From NCBI GenBank assembly GCA_017450215.1, contig JAFSVH010000087.1, positions 48,287-112,286 of the forward strand: a stretch of DNA of 64,000 bases, read 5' to 3'. The notes under the pieces were generated by a model. It was given only the letters and a program-made list of their open reading frames with translations. It made no database searches and was not told the DNA's origin. A program made the position numbers and the translations under genes. The DNA is from Bacilli bacterium (GTDB lineage: Bacteria; Bacillota_I; Bacilli_A; ML615J-28; CAG-698). This document shows positions 58,429 through 64,000 of this stretch, piece after piece; positions within the stretch are counted from its first letter, which is position 1; every line of letters starts with the position of its first letter.

Positions 58429-59583
58429 ATGAAAAAATTTATTTTTGTATTTATGTTAGTTTTTGTTTCTTTATTTGCTTTAGTTGCTTGTAAAGAGAAT
58501 GGTGATGATGATAAGACTTTTAAAGTTGCTATGGTAACTGACTATGGTGACATTACTGACCAATCATTCAACCAAGCTACTTATGAAGGATGCAAAGATT
58601 GGTGTCAAAAGAATAATGTTGATTTCAAGTATTACAAACCTGCAACAAACTCTGATGATGACCGTATTGCTTCTACAAAAGAAGCTATTGCTGCTGGATA
58701 TAATGTAATTGTTATGCCTGGTTATGCATTTGCTCCAACTATTGAAGCTGTTGCTACTAAATATGCTGATGTATATTTCATCGCTCTAGATGTTGCTTTA
58801 GGTGATTTACTTGCTGCCCATTTCCCAGATTACAATTATGATCCAAGTGATTCAAAGTGGGCTAGTTATTCACTTCCTGCTAATGTATATTGCGCTGTAT
58901 ATCAAGAAGAAATCGCTGGATATTTAGCTGGTTATGCTGCTGTTCAAGAAGGGTATACTAAGCTTGGATTCTTAGGTGGAATGAGTGTTCCTGCTGTTGT
59001 AAGATATGGATATGGATTCGTTCAAGGAGCTGATAAGGCTGCTCAAGAAAAGGATGTTGAAATTTCAATTAATTATGTATATGGTGGACAATTCTTTGGT
59101 GATAGTGATATTACTGCAGTTATGGACACTTGGTACAATGGTGGAACTGAAGTTGTATTCGCTTGCGGTGGTGGTATCTTCAGTAGTGCTGCAGAAGCTG
59201 CAAAGAAGAAAAACGCTAAAGTTATCGGTGTTGACGTTGACCAAAGACCTACAATTGATGGGTTATATGGCGAAGGTATGACTGTTACTTCAGCAATGAA
59301 AGGTTTATATGCTACTGTTCAAACTTCTTTAACTAACTTAATTACAGATGGTAAATTTGTTTCTAAAATTGATACATTAGGCTTAGTATCTAAAGATAAT
59401 TTATCTTTGAACTATGTTCAATTACCAACTGAAGGCTGGGCTATGAAGAACTTTACAGTTGAACAATATAAAGATTTAGTTGCTAAGATTTTCGATAAGG
59501 AAATTGTTATCTCTGCTGATATTTCAGCTCATCCAACAGTATCTGATAAGACTGAAGTTGATTATCAAGCTGATATTAAGTAG
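58429..59583 (+). CDS. BMP-family (PnrA/Med/TmpC-like) ABC transporter substrate-binding lipoprotein, probably nucleoside-binding
   Basis: Lipobox 'ALVACKE'. 'FKVAMVTDYGDITDQSFNQATYEG' BMP family signature. Confidence 0.8.
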   Translation: MKKFIFVFMLVFVSLFALVACKENGDDDKTFKVAMVTDYGDITDQSFNQATYEGCKDWCQKNNVDFKYYKPATNSDDDRIASTKEAIAAGYNVIVMPGYAFAPTIEAVATKYADVYFIALDVALGDLLAAHFPDYNYDPSDSKWASYSLPANVYCAVYQEEIAGYLAGYAAVQEGYTKLGFLGGMSVPAVVRYGYGFVQGADKAAQEKDVEISINYVYGGQFFGDSDITAVMDTWYNGGTEVVFACGGGIFSSAAEAAKKKNAKVIGVDVDQRPTIDGLYGEGMTVTSAMKGLYATVQTSLTNLITDGKFVSKIDTLGLVSKDNLSLNYVQLPTEGWAMKNFTVEQYKDLVAKIFDKEIVISADISAHPTVSDKTEVDYQADIK

Positions 59584-59676
59584 TAAAATTATTTATTTTT
59601 AAAGGTATTTAAAAAATTACAATTTAGGGGAAAGTAAAATATTTACTTTCCTCTTCTTAAGATTAGGAGTACATTT

Positions 59677-61239
59677 ATGGAAGAATATAAAATAGAGATG
59701 TTAGGTATTAGAAAAGAATTTTCTGGATTAGTTGCTAACGATGACATTACTCTTCAGCTTAGAAAAGGTGAAATACATGCATTACTTGGTGAGAATGGTG
59801 CTGGAAAGTCTACTTTGATGAGTATTCTTTTTGGTATGTATCAAGCTGATAAAGGTGTTATTAAGATTGATGGTGAAGAGGTTAATATAACTGACCCAAG
59901 TGTTGCTACTAAATATCATATCGGTATGGTTCATCAACATTTTAAGCTTGTTGAAATATATACAGTTTTACAAAATATTATTCTTGGTGTTGAACCAAGA
60001 GGATTTATGGGCTTTATTGATATGAATAAGGCACGTAAGCGTGTAACTGAATTAATAGATCGATATGGATTAGGTGTTGATCTTGATGCTAAGATCTCAG
60101 ATATTACAGTTGGTATGCAACAACGTACAGAAATCTTAAAAATGCTTTATCGTGATAATGATGTACTAATTTTTGATGAACCTACTGCTGTATTAACTCC
60201 ACAAGAAATTGATGAACTTATGGAGATAATGAGGGGACTAAAAAAAGAAGGTAAATCAATTTTATTCATTACTCATAAGCTTAATGAGATTATGGCTGTA
60301 GCTGATAGATGTACCGTTTTAAGAAAGGGAAAGTGCATAGGAACTATTAATACTAGTGATACTACTATTGAACAATTATCAGAGATGATGGTTGGAAGAA
60401 AGATTGATTTAAATATTGAAAAGAAAGATCCAACTATTGGAAAAGAAGTCTTAAGAGTAGAGAATCTTGTTGTAGCTGATAAGGTTCATAAAAAGAATGC
60501 TGTTAATGATGTCAGTTTCAATGTTAGACAAGGAGAAGTAGTAGTAATTGCTGGTATAGATGGAAATGGCCAAAGTGAATTAGTATATAGTCTTACAGGC
60601 TTGTCGCTTGTTAAGAGTGGCCATATCTATCTTAATGGTCAAGATATTACAAAAGTATCTGTAAAGAGAAGAAATGAATCAGGTATGAGTCATATTCCTG
60701 AAGATAGACATAAACATGGTTTAGTTCTTGATTTTACATTAAGTAATAATTCAGTTTTAGAATTATTTGAACATAAAGAATTCAATACTTTAGGTTTCAT
60801 TAATCAAAAAAATGTAAAAGCATATACTGATCAAATTATTGAAAACTTTGATGTAAGATCTACACAAGGTGCAAGTACTATATCAAGAAGTATGAGTGGT
60901 GGTAATCAACAAAAAGCTATTGTTGGAAGAGAAATCAGTAGAGATACAGATTTATTAATTGCTGTTCAACCAACAAGAGGTCTTGATGTTGGTGCTATTG
61001 AATATATTCATAATAGATTAATAGAGCAACGGGATAATGGTAAAGCTATTTTGTTAGTATCATTTGAACTTGATGAAGTAATGAATTTAGCTGATCGTAT
61101 TCTAGTAATGCATGAAGGTGAATTAGTTGGTGAATTTGAATATAATAAAGTTACTAGAAATGAATTAGGTCTTTATATGGCTGGTGCTAAAAAAGATGAA
61201 GTCAATGCGATAAAGGAGGGAAAAAATGGACAAAATTAA
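59677..61239 (+). CDS. ABC transporter ATP-binding protein with two fused ABC domains
   Basis: Two Walker A motifs ('GENGAGKST', 'GIDGNGQS'), LSGG-like signatures, Walker B 'LIFDEPTA'. Confidence 0.85.
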   Translation: MEEYKIEMLGIRKEFSGLVANDDITLQLRKGEIHALLGENGAGKSTLMSILFGMYQADKGVIKIDGEEVNITDPSVATKYHIGMVHQHFKLVEIYTVLQNIILGVEPRGFMGFIDMNKARKRVTELIDRYGLGVDLDAKISDITVGMQQRTEILKMLYRDNDVLIFDEPTAVLTPQEIDELMEIMRGLKKEGKSILFITHKLNEIMAVADRCTVLRKGKCIGTINTSDTTIEQLSEMMVGRKIDLNIEKKDPTIGKEVLRVENLVVADKVHKKNAVNDVSFNVRQGEVVVIAGIDGNGQSELVYSLTGLSLVKSGHIYLNGQDITKVSVKRRNESGMSHIPEDRHKHGLVLDFTLSNNSVLELFEHKEFNTLGFINQKNVKAYTDQIIENFDVRSTQGASTISRSMSGGNQQKAIVGREISRDTDLLIAVQPTRGLDVGAIEYIHNRLIEQRDNGKAILLVSFELDEVMNLADRILVMHEGELVGEFEYNKVTRNELGLYMAGAKKDEVNAIKEGKNGQN

Positions 61240-62461
61240 GTCATTCTTTGCTAGATTGATTAGAAAAGATGTCTTTAAAACCCTTTTAACAAGCTTCTCT
61301 TGTGCTTTGGTTGGATTATTAATAGGTTTTATTATTTTACTTATTGTTAGTCCTGAAGCATCACTTAAAGGATTTAAGACTTTAGCTTTAGGATTTTTAG
61401 ATGTCCCAACTAAATATGGATTGAGGCTTGAAAGCTTTGCTAAGACTTTAACAAGAACTGCTCCATTGATTGTTTCTGGTGTTGCTATCTTAGTTGCATA
61501 TAAAGCAGGTTTATTTAATATTGGTGCAAGTGGTCAATTCACTATGGGAGTATTTGCTGCTTTATTTATGGCATTAGTATGGCATCTACCTTGGTATTTA
61601 TGTATGCTCGGTGCTGTTATCTTTGGTGGCTTGTATGGTGCTATAGTTGGTGTGTTAAAGGCATTCTTGAATGTTAATGAAGTTATATCGGGTATTATGC
61701 TTAACTGGATAGGTTTGTATTTTACTTCGATGATTATAAAGCAAAATAGTACAATGTGGGATTCAATTAAATATGAAACAATACCAATTGAAAGAGTATC
61801 ACCTGGATCTTTAATTCCTACACTTGGACTTGATAAATTATTTAATGATTATAAATATATTACTATTGGTATATTTATTGCGATAATTGTTGCTGTTTTC
61901 TATTATATTGTAATTGAAAAGACAACTTTAGGCTATAAAATGAAAGCAACAGGATTTAATAAAAATGCTGCTAAATATGCTGGAATGAAAGAAAAATTAA
62001 ATATTGTTATTATTCTAGCATTATCAGGTTCTCTTGCTGGTTTATCTGGTGCTCTTTTATATTTAACAGGAATAGAGAATTGGTATTGTCCAACAAATGT
62101 ACCTTCAATGGGATTTGATGGTATTAGTGCAGCCTTCTTAGGTGGTTTATCTCCACTTGGTTCTATTCTTTCATCATTCTTTATTACACATATTACAATT
62201 GGTGGATCTAGACTTGATACAAGCTTCTATTCTCCTGAAATTGCAAAAGTTGTAACAGGTGTTATTATTTATCTTTGTGCATTTGTGTTATTTATTAAGG
62301 ATCAATTGAATAAGAGAATTCTTAAGAAAGATAGAGAACTTGGTTTAGAATTATTAAAACCAAATGATAATGGTGATAATAATATTAAGGAAGAAACGAA
62401 AGAAGAAGAATCAATTGTACCAAATGAGCCTTCTTTAAAAGAAGAGGAGGTGAATAAATAA
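61226..62461 (+). CDS. ABC transporter permease (BMP-system type)
   Basis: Multi-TM; overlaps the ATPase gene by 14 nt. Confidence 0.7.
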   Translation: MDKIKSFFARLIRKDVFKTLLTSFSCALVGLLIGFIILLIVSPEASLKGFKTLALGFLDVPTKYGLRLESFAKTLTRTAPLIVSGVAILVAYKAGLFNIGASGQFTMGVFAALFMALVWHLPWYLCMLGAVIFGGLYGAIVGVLKAFLNVNEVISGIMLNWIGLYFTSMIIKQNSTMWDSIKYETIPIERVSPGSLIPTLGLDKLFNDYKYITIGIFIAIIVAVFYYIVIEKTTLGYKMKATGFNKNAAKYAGMKEKLNIVIILALSGSLAGLSGALLYLTGIENWYCPTNVPSMGFDGISAAFLGGLSPLGSILSSFFITHITIGGSRLDTSFYSPEIAKVVTGVIIYLCAFVLFIKDQLNKRILKKDRELGLELLKPNDNGDNNIKEETKEEESIVPNEPSLKEEEVNK

Positions 62462-63402
62462 TGTTGTTATTAATACAATATACATTAATATTTGCTTCAG
62501 TTTTATCAGTTGTTGCTATTGGAGGAATGTTCTCTGAAAGAAGTGGTGTTATCAATTTAGGTCTTGAAGGATGTATGGTTATGGGTGCACTTGCTGGTGC
62601 ATTAGTAATGTCATTCATTCCAGAAACAGTACCAGGCTTCTTTGTGGTTATTCTTACACTTCTTGCAAGCATTACAACTGGTATGTTGTTTTCAATGTTA
62701 CTTGCTGTTGCTGCAATTAAGTTTAAAGCAGATCAAACTATCACAGGAACTGCGATGAATATAATAGCTCCTGCACTTGCAACTGCAATTGTAAAAGCTA
62801 TTACACTTAATACTGGGGAGAAGAAAGCTACACCTTATTTATATTATATTCAAACACATGAATATTTTATTATTAAGATTGGCTCATTTGAACTTAATTG
62901 GTTCATCATTTTGATGGTTTTAGTAGTAGTTGCTGCTTGTATTGTTCTTTATAAGACAAGACTTGGATTGAGATTGATGAGCTGTGGTGAGCACCCTCAA
63001 GCAGCAGCATCAAATGGTATTGATGTTATCAAGATGCGTTATACAGGAGTTTTAATCAGTGGTGCTTTAGCTGGACTTGGAGGAATTGCTTTTATCAATT
63101 CAGCAAATTCAAGCTGGCCATTTGATTCTGGTGTTGTTGGCTTTGGTTTCCTTGCTTTAGCAGTTATGATATTTGGTAAATGGAAACCAATTAATATATT
63201 CTTTGGTGCAATTCTATTCTCATTGTTTAGAGCCTTAGGTTCAGTTTATACAGGCTTTGAATTCTTAAAGAATTTAGAAATCAATGCAACGATTTATAAT
63301 ATGCTACCATATATAGTATGCTTAGTAATTCTTGCTATTTCATCTAAGAATTCGAAAGCACCTAAAGCAGAGGGTATACCTTATGATAGAGGAATGAGAT
63401 AA
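62461..63402 (+). CDS. ABC transporter permease (second permease of the BMP system)
   Basis: Multi-TM; start overlaps the previous stop. Confidence 0.7.
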   Translation: MLLLIQYTLIFASVLSVVAIGGMFSERSGVINLGLEGCMVMGALAGALVMSFIPETVPGFFVVILTLLASITTGMLFSMLLAVAAIKFKADQTITGTAMNIIAPALATAIVKAITLNTGEKKATPYLYYIQTHEYFIIKIGSFELNWFIILMVLVVVAACIVLYKTRLGLRLMSCGEHPQAAASNGIDVIKMRYTGVLISGALAGLGGIAFINSANSSWPFDSGVVGFGFLALAVMIFGKWKPINIFFGAILFSLFRALGSVYTGFEFLKNLEINATIYNMLPYIVCLVILAISSKNSKAPKAEGIPYDRGMR

Positions 63403-63557
63403 AATTAATAATCATTATAAAGACAAGAGATTTATGCATATTTATCTCTTGTCTTTTATTATTTTTCCATTTATCAAAAAGTAATTATTTTATATAAGTA
63501 TTAGGTGTGATATAATCTATTCATAAATTATGAATAATTTTAAAAGGCGTATATTAA

Positions 63558-64000
63558 ATGAAAAAAATAAAATCTTTGTTTCTTAAATTAAAATCTAAGA
63601 CTACTGTTAAGTCTTACCAAAATCCTTTGTTACTAACAATATTAACACTATTATTGATAAATTTAATAATCATTATTATTGCATCAATTGTTGGTATAAT
63701 TATTGATCCTGATTATTTTGAAAATAATATATTTAATGCATTAGCACATTTCTTTTCATGTATGCTTACTGCTAATACAATTACTAAACTTCTCGATATT
63801 ATTAAAACTAATATTGAAGTATTTTTATTAAGTGTTGTTGTAATTGCAATTGAACTTGTTTTATTCTCAGGTGCTATTATTGCAACTCTTACAACAGCAG
63901 TAAGAAATTTTATTGATAAGAAGAGCAATGCAAAAGGTAAAATTTACCTTGATAATCAATTTGTAATACTTAATTATAATAGTAAAGTTCCTGATATAAT
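63558..64000 (+). CDS. Membrane protein, 3'-partial (runs off the window)
   Basis: ATG at 63558, open to the window end. Two hydrophobic helices. Not in the ORF track because there is no stop in the window. Confidence 0.4.
   Translation, partial: MKKIKSLFLKLKSKTTVKSYQNPLLLTILTLLLINLIIIIIASIVGIIIDPDYFENNIFNALAHFFSCMLTANTITKLLDIIKTNIEVFLLSVVVIAIELVLFSGAIIATLTTAVRNFIDKKSNAKGKIYLDNQFVILNYNSKVPDI

Noticed and set aside
63713-63928. 71-aa minus-strand ORF near the window end
   Set aside because: Overlapped by a longer plus-strand ORF (ATG 63558) that stays open to the window end and encodes a plausible membrane protein.
1-64000. Mollicutes-type genetic code (TGA = Trp) suggested by the very low GC
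   Set aside because: All motif-supported genes reach plausible full length and end on standard stops. Tightly coupled gene pairs use TAA/TGA stops overlapping ATG starts. Nothing requires TGA read-through.

Overview
This is an AT-rich window (roughly 30% GC by eye) from a low-GC Gram-positive (Bacillota-type) chromosome. Genes close on standard stop codons, so the standard genetic code is in use rather than Mollicutes TGA recoding. I ran no homology search. Every call rests on motifs I can read in the translations and on gene organisation.

- **1-44.5 kb, ordinary core genome:**
  - a lipid/envelope cluster (DedA-PlsC fusion, cardiolipin synthase flanked by two phosphodiester-glycosidase paralogs);
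  - nitroreductase, MscL, a D-Ala-D-Ala carboxypeptidase lipoprotein and UPF0371;
  - peptidases PepC and PepF, YggS and PdxK, RNase J;
  - a T-box leader followed by alaS, ruvX and DUF1292, then Mrp/ApbC, TmcAL, PsuG and MurI plus a degenerate MurI paralog;
  - GlpK, Xth, a sirtuin, a TtcA-TcdA fusion and TrmL.
- **44.6-56.0 kb, accessory/defence island directly after tRNA-Arg(CCT) and its terminator.** In order it carries:
  - two families of iteron-like direct repeats;
  - a small serine recombinase;
  - a tightly coupled five-gene operon: two Dam-like N6-adenine methyltransferases, a 305-aa unknown protein, a GmrSD-like DUF262/DUF1524 nuclease and a GIY-YIG(T5orf172)/DUF4357 protein;
  - an IS21-family insertion sequence (istA/istB), a C-terminal remnant of a wHTH regulator with VGNK tetrapeptide repeats, and a small membrane protein;
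  - an AbiEi antitoxin gene followed by a frameshifted and truncated AbiEii toxin gene, ending at a clean terminator.
- **56-64 kb, back in core genome:** an NlpC/P60-like lipoprotein, a BMP-family nucleoside ABC transporter (binding protein, dual ATPase, two permeases) and a membrane-protein ORF that runs off the window.

The island's five-gene operon is the best candidate here for a composite or undescribed defence system.
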